Assembly (NCBI GenBank): GCA_010909165.1
Contig: VJWM01000068.1
Span: 186,001-250,000 of the forward strand
Length of the DNA: 64,000 bases
Reading direction: 5' to 3'
Source of the DNA: Anthoceros angustus
Taxonomy: Eukaryota; Plantae; Anthocerotophyta
Shown: positions 39,740 through 51,123 of the stretch, piece by piece
Layout of the letters: every line of letters begins with the position of its first letter
Numbering within the stretch: position 1 is the first letter of the stretch
Made by a program: the position numbers and the translations under genes
Notes under the pieces: model-generated
What the model was told of the DNA's origin: nothing
Seen by the model: the letters and a program-made list of their open reading frames with translations, nothing else
Databases searched by the model: none

Positions 39740-42010
39740 CCCGCTGCGTTCCCTTCAAGATTCCTTTCCTCCATGGCCTGGATTGAGAATTCAAGAGTGT
39801 ACCCTCAGACCTAAGGCTGTGGGCCAGGGCGCCTCTTGATAGCCTGCGAGACTGGTTTGATGACACGATAAGCGTTTGATGCAAAGCAGACGGGTATGAC
39901 GGATTCGTCCCAACCAGCTCCAAAGTGCATGCCATCCTACAGTACGCAGCCCAGTGGCACGTCACCGGCAAGTTCCCCCCTTCCAAGTGCAGAATGCCCT
40001 CACCCTCGCTGAAGGGCATAACAATCATTCAGCCAGCCGTCAACCAGAGTGCCATCCTGAATCACCACCCGGTAATGCCTCAATCGTTCAGAACCATGCA
40101 CTTGCCACCGGAGCAGCGAAGGCACCAATTGCAAGTCGGACAATCGCAGACAACAAGATGGCCTACGCTCTTCCTGGTGTCACTGAAACAGCGGCACTAT
40201 AACCCGCGTCATCCCATGCTCCTGAGCTCCTTCCTGCCTCCGAGCCAGTGCCTTGAAGTGTCAACAGAGACAACCGGCTCCACCATATTCCAAACCACTA
40301 TGGAGTTGAAACTGCATCTGGCCCTGCGATCCCTGGTACAAGAACACTCTACTTTCCACAACCAAGGCGCATCCCAACGACTGTGCGCCGCGTGGGACGG
40401 CTTCCCTGGTCTTGAACGTCGCCAACCAATGTATGGACGGTTTCTCTCTCTTCTAAATTTGGATTAAGTGGACAAGTTTGGATGAATTGATTCAAAGGTG
40501 AGGCACACGAAGCATGAAAGTAACGATGAAAAGTTAAAAAAATAAAAAAAAACTACTTAGTAATTGCCTTGTTAATAAATGCATATGTTGCATGCTTCAT
40601 ACAATCTCTTATTACAGAGGAATTACTGCAGCCACTAAGCAGTCTTAGAGAGGATTGTTAGTGATGAGTGGTCTCTAAGAATCCCTTAAGTTAGTAACTG
40701 TCTAGTTAAGGCGAGCCTGCGGGATATATCAGGGCGAGAACAAGAGCTTTGATCAATCATCATCATTCAGTTCATGATGCGCTGCAAGCGTTGAGTTGAG
40801 AGAGCTATGGAGAGCCTAGCTAGTGAGCTTGTATGTGGAGAGCCTAGCTAGTGAGCTTGTCCCTGATTCAAGGGCAGTAGCCAGTTGGGCCTACGTAGAT
40901 ATCTAAAATCAAGTGTGTATTCTAGGAATAAAGAGCAGCATCTCGAGGAGGTGGCCTGGGAGTTGTTAGTTGATGGCGGGCTACTTGGAGCATAGTGTTG
41001 CATCGTGAAATTGAGAGCGCTGAGAGTTGTGCAAGTCTCTATGTGCAGTGAATTGATGAGATCCTAGACGGCTGGGAAGCTAGCATTTGCCGCTTTCTTA
41101 CTGGCTGCGTAGTGAGGGGCATTATTTTGTGGTATCAGAGCGTAGTTCATTCTTCCGAGTGACTAAAGAGTGCACAAAATGGTCAATGAGAAGCGCAAGT
41201 AGATGCTCAAGAAGCGTCATGCCAATTATCCGCCTCCTCCGCCTAAAGATTCTTTATCTTCAAAAGAAGACGAGCAACATGATAAGGAGAAGTCATCGCC
41301 TAAAAATACTGAAGGGCCATCTGGAGATAAATCAGAGGATTGGAAGAAGCAGATTGTAGAAGCCTTTTACCAAGTTCTACCAGAAGTCTTAAAAGATTTG
41401 AGGACTTCCAAAAAAAAGGCGAAGCAAAATCCGCAGCCCAAAGCTCAACAAGATGAAGATGAGGAAGAACAAAATACAAAGATCTATTCGGTAAGTCATT
41501 GATTCTTGGATCTATTCTATACAAACTTATTTTGCCTCATCTGTTCTAGAGCCGCAATCTACTTGGGTACTGTTGGTAATTTTCTAAAGGGTTAGACTTT
41601 GGTCTCGAGGCAGAGTTATGGTGCTAACATTGCCCAGGGTAACTGAGTACATACAATCACAATTGGACATCTTTTAAAGAAGCCCTCAATAAGCAGTTTG
41701 AGCCTGCGAATGCTTCACGCCTCAGTCGGCAACAATTTGACAATATCAAGCAAACAGGTACAGTAAGAGATTATGTAAGTACTTTCAGTAAGGCTATTAT
41801 GCACTGCACTACCATGAGTGAGGATGACAAGTTGCACCAATTTATATCTGGTTTAAAAGATTGGCCTACTAACAGAATTGAGCTGTATAGTCCTACAACG
41901 TTAGCAGGTTATTCCAGACACATTGGATTCAAGTATACTCCAACAACGTTAACAATGTTATTCCAGACACATTGGATTTAAGGTCATACAACACCTCCAA
42001 GCAATACCCG

Positions 42011-42165
42011 TGATGGGTATGCCCAGACTAGAGGAAATACCTCTGATGGGTATGCCCATACTAGAGGAAATACCTCTGATGGGTATGCCCATACTAGAGG
42101 AAATACCTCTGATGGGTATGCCCATACTAGAGGAAATACCTTTGATGGGTATGCCCATACTAGAG
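42011..42165. repeat. 33-bp tandem repeat x~4.7, each unit with an ATGGG..CCCAT mini-palindrome
   Basis: Unit tgatgggtatgcccatactagaggaaatacctc. Confidence 0.92.
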
Positions 42166-42206
42166 AAAGCTCGAGTAGTGCAGGTAGAGGACCTGCCAAC
42201 GACCAT

Positions 42207-42870
42207 CATGCATCACACCGCCATGCATCATGACCGCCATGCATCATGACCGCCATGCATCATGACCGCCATGCATCATGACCGCCATGCATCATGACCG
42301 CCATGCATCATGACCGCCATGCATCATGACCGTCATGCGTGGTCATGCATGCATGACCGTCATGTGTGGCGCCATGCATCATGACCGTCATGCGTGGTCA
42401 TGCATGCATGGCCGCCATGTGTGGCGCCATGCATCATGACCGTCACTCATGACCGTCATGCAAGGTCATGCATGCATGACCGTCATGTGTGGTGCCATGC
42501 ATCATGACTGTCATGAAGCGCATGACCGTCATGCATCATGACCGTCATGATGCGCATGACCGTCATGGGCGCGCATGACCGTCATGGGCGCGCATGACCG
42601 TCATGGGCGCGCATGACCGTCATGGGCGCGCGCGGCCGTCATGCATCATGACCGTCGTAGGCGCGCATGACCGTCATGGGCGCGCATGACCGTCATGGGC
42701 GCGCGCATGGCCGTCGTAGGCGCGCGCGCCATGACGGTCATGCGCGCGCATGACCGTCATGTGGCGCCATGCGTCATCGCCCATGACGGTCATGGGCGCC
42801 CATGACGGTCATGCGCCCATGACGGTCATGCGCCCATGACGGTCATGCGCCCATGACCGTCATGCATCCA
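42207..42870. repeat. CATG-rich minisatellite (16-19 bp units) built on the palindrome CATGAC-N-GTCATG
   Basis: catgcatcatgaccgc x~7, then catgaccgtcatg(ggcgcg) variants, then catgacggtcatgcgcc variants. Confidence 0.92.
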
Positions 42871-43135
42871 TTATGCATTATGTATCATGATCATGTTTAT
42901 GATGCGCTGCAAGCCTTGAGTTGAGAGAGTTGTGGAGAGCTTAGCTAGTGAGCTTATCATTGAGTCAAGGGTAGTAGTTAGTTGGGCGTAGATAGCTGGA
43001 CTTAAGTGTGTATTCTAGGAATAAAGAGGAGCACCTCAAGGAGGTGGCCTATGAGTCGTTAGTTGACGGTGGGCTACTTGGAGCCTAGTGTTGTGTCATG
43101 ATTGAGTGCATAAAGAGTTGTGCAAGTCTCTATGT

Positions 43136-43370
43136 GGAGTGAATTGGCGAGGTCCTAGATGGTTGGAAAGCTAGCATTTGGAGTGAATTGGCGAGGTCCT
43201 AGATTGCTGGAAAGCTGGCATTTGGAGTGAATTGGCGAGGTCCTAGATGGCTGGAAAGCTAGCATTTGGAGTGAATTGGCGAGGTCCTAGATTGCTGGAA
43301 AGCTGGCATTTGGAGTGAATTGGCAAGGTCCTAGATTGCTGAAAAGCTGGCATTTGGAGTGAATTGGCGA
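43136..43370. repeat. 44-bp tandem repeat x5 at the end of the LTR-like segment
   Basis: ggagtgaattggcgaggtcctagat(g/t)gctggaaagct(a/g)gcattt starting at 43136, 43180, ... Confidence 0.92.
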
Positions 43371-45910
43371 GAGTTAGAAATAATAGCAGACCACGTTGGT
43401 TCTGTACCAATATGGTTAGTCAGCTAGACCTGGCAGTTAGTATAGGTAGTTAGCTAGGCTAGCGAAAGGACACACCTTACGAGACCACCTATAAAAGCCC
43501 ACCTATGAACACACTTGATTCATTGTTAATATAGCATCTTTGCTTAAGGCGCTTCCATGCAATTCTAACTTGGTATCGAGCCTCGGCTCCTACCATGGTC
43601 GCTAGGTTCAATGGCTAGACTTTGCGTGTCATTACCTAGGTGAGCCATGGACTTTTGAAGCTCCATTTGCTCGCTTATGGTTAGAAGAAATTGATACGTA
43701 GTTTTGGATGGCAGTTGGTTCTGCACCGAAAGAAGGCTACGATGAGGTCCCCATAAATCGCTTCCATGCGACTTGATAGAAGAGCTTTCTCAAGCCTCGC
43801 AATGAATTTAGTTCTTCTATATTTATAGAGATTAAATTTTATTGTCTTCTATTTTGAATAGAGGTTTAGGAAAAGGAAGAAAAACATGTAGAAAAAAAAA
43901 TGAAAACCATTTTTCTATTTATTTTCTTGCCTCCTTTCCTATCTACATGCCCATGGGATTTGATTGGGTGTAAGTAGCCTGGTCCTTAAAATGGATAGAG
44001 GGGGAGGGGAAGCCTCAAAGGTTTTTCTCTCTACTATCATCTATCCTATTGACCATCTTACATTCTCTTATCTCCTAGCCACTAATCTCAGCAAGCATGG
44101 CAAGGAATCGTCGCTCTCAGGCCCAAGCACGGCGCATTGGAGAGGATAGAGAGCGATCCCATGGGCGCACCAATCAACGGAGATTAACACGAGGTTTTGG
44201 CTTCACTCAAGCACCTCGCCATTACCAGATGTTCGGCGAGAATTGGGTGGATGCCCTCTTCCATACCTTGCAAGATCAAGGGTGGTCTCCGCCATCGAGT
44301 TTCCATCATCGCCCGGCCAGCCGATCACTCGGGGTGCGCTTGAACCGTCAACATCGGAGAGCACAAGAGCGATTGAGAAGATCGACTCTGTCTCAATCTC
44401 AGCCCGATTCTAGCCAAAATTCATCACAGAGAGGTGCTTCTCCAGGGCGCCTTGATCGGCTCAGGCCCCACAAGCATCTGGTTTCGTCAAGTGATCGCGA
44501 ATTGCCGAGGAATTTTGTGGATTGGGCGGAGAGCGACGATGAATTGATCGTCACCGAATCTCAGCAATTTCGGCACTCGACACGAGAGGGGAGGCGCGAG
44601 ATCTCACAAGGCCCCCAGGGCGCCCCATCTGCTGGAGTCGCCATCGACAAGGGAGGCGCGCCTGCAGCGATCTCGCCAGCCGCCATCCTCGCCGACCTCG
44701 GAGGTTCGGTGCTCGAGGCGGAGCGCGCCAGCGGCTGCTTGGCCAGTTCGCCCTTGTGGTATGACGCCCGCCGGCGTTATCAACAAGTTGATATGTGAGC
44801 GTAACGGGTGTCACCGTTCGAATATGCGCACCATTCGCGGCAGCGTGCCGTTCGCGAATGCGTGTCACCCGTTACATCGAGCAGGGCCCCTAATTCTTTT
44901 CTTTCGCTCCGATTAATTGTTTTTCGGGCTCTTTTCGGCGTTAGTGGCGATTTTGGTGGCGATCCTTCTCACCAGCGGCTCTTGGCTGTCGTGTGCCTCC
45001 TACACACGATTTCAACACTGGGACATCGTCAATACCTACCGTCATAGCTGTTAAGGAGGAACCAAGATCGTCCTCTCCTGACTGCTTTCGAGACTTTGGA
45101 AGCTGCCTACAAGGAGTTCAAGTACAACGAGGCCCAAGCCAAAGCTACCGCACCAGAGCAACGCTCTCTCCATTATCAAAATCTTTGGCAGTCGATCACC
45201 CACATCAGCACTAATCTTGTGAATGTTGCTGAAATTGTTCGACGCATTGAGTCCAGCTTTGATAGGGCGAGTGCTCTGGAAACCAGTTTTGGAGCACAGG
45301 ATCCGGCTGATGCGTTGTAGGTGGCTGGTGTGAGTGTGTTTGCTTTGAACTCTCCTGGAAAAATTTTTGCTCACACTACACTTGTGTTTTTGAGCCTTGT
45401 GTCACAACACGCTCGTTTACACAATTGTGGAGCCAAGGATTTGACCATGTCGAGGCACTCCACCACCGCCACCTCCGCCATCTCGGCTCCCAATGTTATA
45501 TGAGCGTCTCTCGACTTCAAAGAGAGAGATAGGTTCAACGGGACCAAATATGAGATTTGGTCTCGACGGATGAAGACGGCTCAACACGCGATCTTCTCCC
45601 GGTGGAGGGTGTTTCCCAAAGCCTACCGCACCTCGATCGGCGATTGATGCGTGGCTCAAGTTGGATCGTCAAGCCATGCAAATGCGGTTTCGGCCTTGGC
45701 GAAACCACCTTGCATCACAAGCGGTGCGACTACTTCAGCAGAGGCTTGGAAGCGGATCAATGACATCTCATCCACGAATGTGATGACCTTGGTCACCGTC
45801 CGACAAGAGTTTTACACTCTTCGGATGCAACAAGGTGATAGTATTAACAGCATAATATTTGAAGCGGCTGAATATACATGAAGCGGCTGGGTCTATACGT
45901 GGATCCGGGT
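43371..45910 (+). mobile_element. Ty1/copia LTR retrotransposon 5' part (short LTR, PBS, long leader, frameshifted gag), truncated at ~45910
   Basis: ~200-bp LTR-like segment with CTATAAAAG near 43489, followed by PBS-like TGGTATCGAGC at 43571. Copia gag motifs DRFNGTKYEIWSRRMKT (~45528) and TSAEAWKRIND...VRQEFYTLRMQQGDSI (~45730-45850). Confidence 0.72.
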
Positions 45911-46673
45911 TTAAGATGGTTATTAAAGCGGCATGTTTGGGATTAGGCGTGACGGCGAAAATAAGGGTGAAGATCACCGTCGAGACGATTGTGCCATCTG
46001 ATTGGAAAAGCGGTGCTCTCTACGGCTTATCATGCGTTTAGAAAAGTACCCATGTTCTCTCCCCTCATTGCGGGGAAAAAAGGTGTCGTTCGAGTTTCGG
46101 TGGCTTGTGTTGCAATCATTGTGGCCAAGAAACGGAAATCACGCATTTAAAATCACATGGAGACACATGGAGACAACTATGGTATGGGTTTTGTAGAGGT
46201 TGTCATATCAGCCGAAAATGTATGCGGCGATTGTTAGGTGTGGCATGGGCGCCGGCATGCCGGCGTCTTTGCGAGGGCTCTGACGGCGCATGAAGCAGCG
46301 GATATGTGTTATGGCGGAAACGAACATTATGGGAGCATATGACGTCTAGAGGGTGGAAAGTGGAGCACAACCAGTCCATGTCCGCCATCCGTTCTTATCT
46401 ATAACGGCAAATGTTATGACTAGTGCAATTGTGTAATCATGAAATGTATTGCGCTAGTGTATTCGCATGCCAAAACATGGTAGGCGGTACAAGGTGACAT
46501 TTAAGATGTACACATCGGCATGGTGGTCTGCATGTCTTAAAAACAATGTATGACAAGAACATGAAACTTATGCCCGACAACTCTGGTGTCCGACTTTCAA
46601 ACCCTATGCCATGAAGAGAAATTAGGGATAAACATAAGGTTCCCTTGTTATTTCAGTTGCTTAGCACATGTCA

Positions 46674-49600
46674 TTACTCTTCGCCTGAATCGAGACCCTC
46701 GTCCCCGTCCACACAGGCCTCATCTCCATCTTCATCACTCTCCATTGCCTCATCCGAAGTGTTTGGTTGAATGTGAGGACGGAGCGCACTCAACTTTTCC
46801 TTTATAGCTTTCTTATCTGCTGCGTACAGATGTTTCCTGGAAGTGAGCTGAAACCCGTAGTATATAATAACGGTTTTCGCAAAACCTTTTGGATGTTGGG
46901 GCCCTTTCCTTTCGACCTTTTTGGCGGGTGGTCCATTGTCTCGGTCCTTTGAAAAATTCTCCAACATACTTGCCCTCATAAGCATCCGTGTGCTCGATTC
47001 GCCACGGTGCACAAGCATCGGTTCGGTAAGGTGCACACTTACAACCTTCGCTACCAACGCCCTATTGTGTGTGTCACCCTCGACGGTGTCACAATAAACA
47101 TTCCTTTGTATCTCCATAATATCGCCATCCATCCTTCTTGCCACCTCTTCTTGGCGTTCAATAGTTTGGTAGGCCCCTAGATACATGTCCTGTGTGGTAT
47201 GTCACGCAAAGAGCCTCGTCGATCTGACTTCTTCCGTATGTGCAAAGGGGGGACTGCAGCCCTATCGTACCATCTCCAGGGGTTTTGCAGAACAAGCCCA
47301 ATGTTATGATCCACAATATTTGCGATTTCGTGTTGATCATTCCAGAAATCCATCCACCATTCTTCCTCCACAGTCAAATATGTTGGCGCTTCACCATCCT
47401 TTTTCAAGTGATCTCGCCTTCACGTGCGGTCAAACCACCATCACTAGCTTTCTTGTCCTTCGCCCGCAAAGCCATCAAAGGAGCGGGCCCGATGTCTGGA
47501 ACAAAAGTCAAGAATTGAGCCCATCTTGATTCCCACAAGGGGAAGTGGAGTATTGCTTACTGCGAATAACGGTAACCTTTCCCGCCCAACTTTGTCCTCG
47601 CGGGTGATTTTGAAGTCTGAAATGAAAGGTTGTTCAACTTCGAACCGCGGTATACTTCGCCGTTCACTAACGTAATGGCCATACGTATGTCCGAAGTCAC
47701 CACCTCATCAACACTTTCACCTCTGGATTCGGCGTGAGCGAGGACTTCAATATGTCCTCCATAGTTGGCAATGTCACGGCCTCCTTATGTTTTAAATGCT
47801 TAGAAAAACATGAAAACATTTGATCCACTTGGTCGTGCGTATGCCCCACGAGGAGGAATCCAACCTTCACCTTCTCGAGCGTCCGAGTTCAACGAGCATG
47901 TTCAAGCACGCAAAATAGAAGCTGGTTCTTGTTCTCTCGGCATGTATTGTCCATGCGGTATAAGACTTTGGGAAGTATCCTTCATACGTGTGTATAACGT
48001 CACGGATAATAGTTATTGTTAAATTTGCATCATTCACGAGATTGGCATAATGCGCGCGCTCTGAGCGATGTAATTATGTATCATGCATCCAACAACATGC
48101 ACCGTGATCCGACTATCCTCCTTCAAGTCCTTTGGCCACCGCAAAATATCGGCAGAAGTTTTTCGTCCATGCGTCGATAGATAACAACATATATTTCTGC
48201 GGCTCCTTATACGACTTGACCGATGCGTCAACTTCTTCCGTTCCTCCATCAATCGTATCCGATGCTTGTTGAGTGCCTCTTGATACATAGTATGTCATGG
48301 AACACCATTGTCGAGACTTGTGGGCACCGAAATTCAATAACTTTGCATGCAGAGCTATTTGGGAAGGCGGAGTGTCGTGCATTGAAACGAGATCGAAACT
48401 AGGACATACATACTGCCTATTATTCCACGGTCCAAATGCATAGTGACAGTTGCATACAATCGGCGACTCCTGCGAAGTTAATGTTACGGCAAGAACCCAA
48501 CCCATGCATTTCCGGACCCAGCGCCAACATGCCCCCCCTCCATCGGAGTGAACCTTATAAGTAGGTTGGGCGCGGGCATGCAGCACCTGAAGTGCAAAGA
48601 GGCGCAAGCTTCCTCATCTGCACAACAAAGCACCCGTAGTTCACCGCGCTTTAGGGCCTTGGGCGTCGCCATGCCTATCGTGCACTCCACATTTGGGGCG
48701 CGGCATGCCGGGCGCCTCGTGGAGTGCATGGCGCCATGGCCGCCTCTCCGGCGGGCGCGCCCTCATTCGCCATTCCAGCAAGGCCATCCGAGCCCTCCAC
48801 GCACGGCGCGCACGGCGACATCCCTTTGTCACTTGGGCGCCGCCATGCAGTACCCTTCACCACAGACAATATGGTGCCGCCATGCGGCTCCTTTTTTCGG
48901 TGGAGGCTACCTTCGCCGTACAACGTGTCGGGCACGGCTCGGCGACTCGAGACATCACCGCCGCCGCCGCGCAGTGGCCGTACATCCGCTAACTCCCTCC
49001 ATTACTCCACATGCTTTTATGCCATGCATACAGACAGACCACAATAGCTGGGGAGGAGGCCTACCTTGGTCAACTCCGGCCAGTGCTGATGTTGAACTTC
49101 AGCCCCGCGCATATGGAACAAGTCGAGAATCTTGACTTGGGTATCTTCACCGCTTGAAATTGACCCCACGCGAAATATGCATACGACACAAAGCGTTCAC
49201 CTTTTGACTCCATTCCACTCCTTGTGTATCCAAACCTCATGCTTCGTGAAAGTGTCGTAGATTGTATACCTCCACATTCGGCGTCGCTCGGCCAAGTGAA
49301 GGAAAGTCGCATCCATCCGTGCAATTGCAGCCAAAGCATGGGAGGATTGTACACGAGGGCTGGCCTTATTAGCGTCCCATGGTGCGTTGAATAACCCTCC
49401 GCTTCAACTCCTCGTACCTTGCGGACCCTATACGGATACACGTCGGAAGGCTTTCAAACAACATTGCATAGGAATCACCCATGAGGTGAGTGAAAACCAT
49501 CCCTTGTTGTGGCACCTGCGTCGGGCCGCACTGATGCGAAATGTCTCTTGCTGTCGCCATTCTCGAAAACTGCCGTTGCTCATGAAAAGCTTCTTTTGTG

Positions 49601-50240
49601 AACTTGCGGATGCACAATTTGTTGCAACAAGGCTTTGAAATCCTCTCCCAGAATCGCCTTCACTTTTCCTCAAAGACACACCGGCTCGCCACACTGAAGC
49701 CCACATCTAAATTTGAAAGGTATCGGCCAAAGGCTTGGATGGAAAGTGACGGCATCCGGTCCAAACTTCTCAATGGTTGGGGTGTCTGAAGACATTGTCC
49801 TCATCTGCATTAGGCGTCCCGCATCTTGATCTTGGAAATAGTAGTGAACAATCCTCGCGGCGCCTCCCTCCACCGCAAACACCAACTTTCCTCCTTCCAG
49901 ACGGGCTTCTATCTATGGCGAGTAGAGGTTCGTGTTCACAGAAGTCGGGGAACATAGCTGGGCATACGAGGCGTGAGTGAGTTCTTCTCCACCTGGACTG
50001 CACGCACATCCCGGGATCGAGCCACTAACACAAACCTATGCCAATGAGTATGAGGCGAAGACGGCGACTCAGCTATCGGCCAAAGAATACATACTTTGTG
50101 GCGGGGAGTGGCAAGGACTTTGCATTTGCTGGCGAGACGGAGGGGCCAGCGCTTGCCTTTCACTCTTTGGGCCTGAAACATCTTGATTTTGCCCGAAATC
50201 TTCGCTTCTTGACCCTGCACATCTACATTTCAATGACATA
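46674..50240 (-). pseudogene. Sola-like DDD transposase, copy A (frameshifted in this assembly; start uncertain)
   Basis: Across frames: CCNKLCIRKF (~49600), VKIPKSRFSTCSICAGLK (~49100-49150), HRIRLMEERK..KSYKEPQKYMLLSID (~48170-48270), MDNTCRENKN (47925-47954), KVKVGFLLVGHTHDQVDQMFS (~47810-47875), acidic C-terminus ending at 46674. Confidence 0.8.
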
Positions 50241-50619
50241 GCAATCGTTGGTATCGGTCAAGGAATGAAAGGGCACATAACACGGAAACCCACATCGCCC
50301 GCGTCTTCGGAGTGTGTGAACTGGAGCATTGTGTTGGACTCGTAGCTCGAAGGTTACGCACGGCTACCGCGACAAGTGTGATAAAAGGTGGTGGTGTGTG
50401 GTACATGACTTGACCGCAGAGGAGGCGGGAAGCCGTGGAGGGACAAATCACTTGATTGCCAAATCCTAAATAGATTTCGAAGTAATGGAGGGCGGTGCTA
50501 TTATGCTACTATCTTGCCGCATATGCCGCTACCATAGTTAAAATGAACGGCCGGTAGCCATCAATAGCGGCTGGAAAAAAGGGTATGGAAGCGTTATGAA
50601 AACGCTTTCTTACCCAATT

Positions 50620-50885
50620 GCATATTGGGCTTGCCCGCATGCAGCGTAGATAAACAAACACGTGAAAATGATGTGCAATCGACAATGCGAAGGACATCGC
50701 GAACGCGCGGGTGTGTGGAACTGTATGTTGGGTATGGGTTAAAAGAACATCGAAACGCACAGACCACATATTCCAGTACTTGTTCCTCCATACATAGCTG
50801 ATAAGGACAATAACTCGGACCGCGTTACGGCGCGTTTGTTACGGACTAGCGAAATTAGGGTTTCCTGCCAGCTCCTTATAAACCC
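50620..50885 (+). promoter_or_regulatory. Divergent promoter region between transposase and cargo gene, with plant-type elements
   Basis: Site-II-like TGGGCT at 50626, reverse telo-box TTAGGGTTT at ~50855, TATAAA at 50877. All are retained in copy B (~58960-59197). Confidence 0.4.
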
Positions 50886-51123
50886 GAACCAGAATTGGAG
50901 TCCTTCTTCTACAGTCCGGCAAGCGCGTAACGAGCTCTTCCAACGGGCGTCTGCGATTCAAGCGAGGCCGCGTGGTTTTCCCAACAATTTGCCGTCGGCG
51001 ACCCTCGCCAGACTCTCCATCCTTTCCGAGAGGGCCAGTGAGAAATTCCTTGTCCGAAATAGAATTGGTGCTTGCCTAATCCGGATTGAGCGTGTTTGAT
51101 GCCTATCTTTGGTGCTACAGACG

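Larger units (their letters stand above)
40656..43370 (+). mobile_element. Degenerate Ty3/gypsy LTR retrotransposon lacking pol (LTR - PBS - gag remnant - tandem arrays - partial second LTR)
   Basis: tRNA-iMet PBS TGGTATCAGAGC at 41130-41141. gag remnant FKEALNKQFEPANASRLSRQQFDNIKQTGTVRDYVSTFSKAIMHCTTMSEDDKLHQFISGLK (~41670-41860). LTR-like segment ~40773-41087 recurs, diverged, at ~42898-43180. Outer boundaries approximate. Confidence 0.8.

Noticed and set aside
42011-42165. 33-bp palindromic repeats as a CRISPR array
   Set aside because: No spacers; the repeats lie within a retrotransposon gag region.
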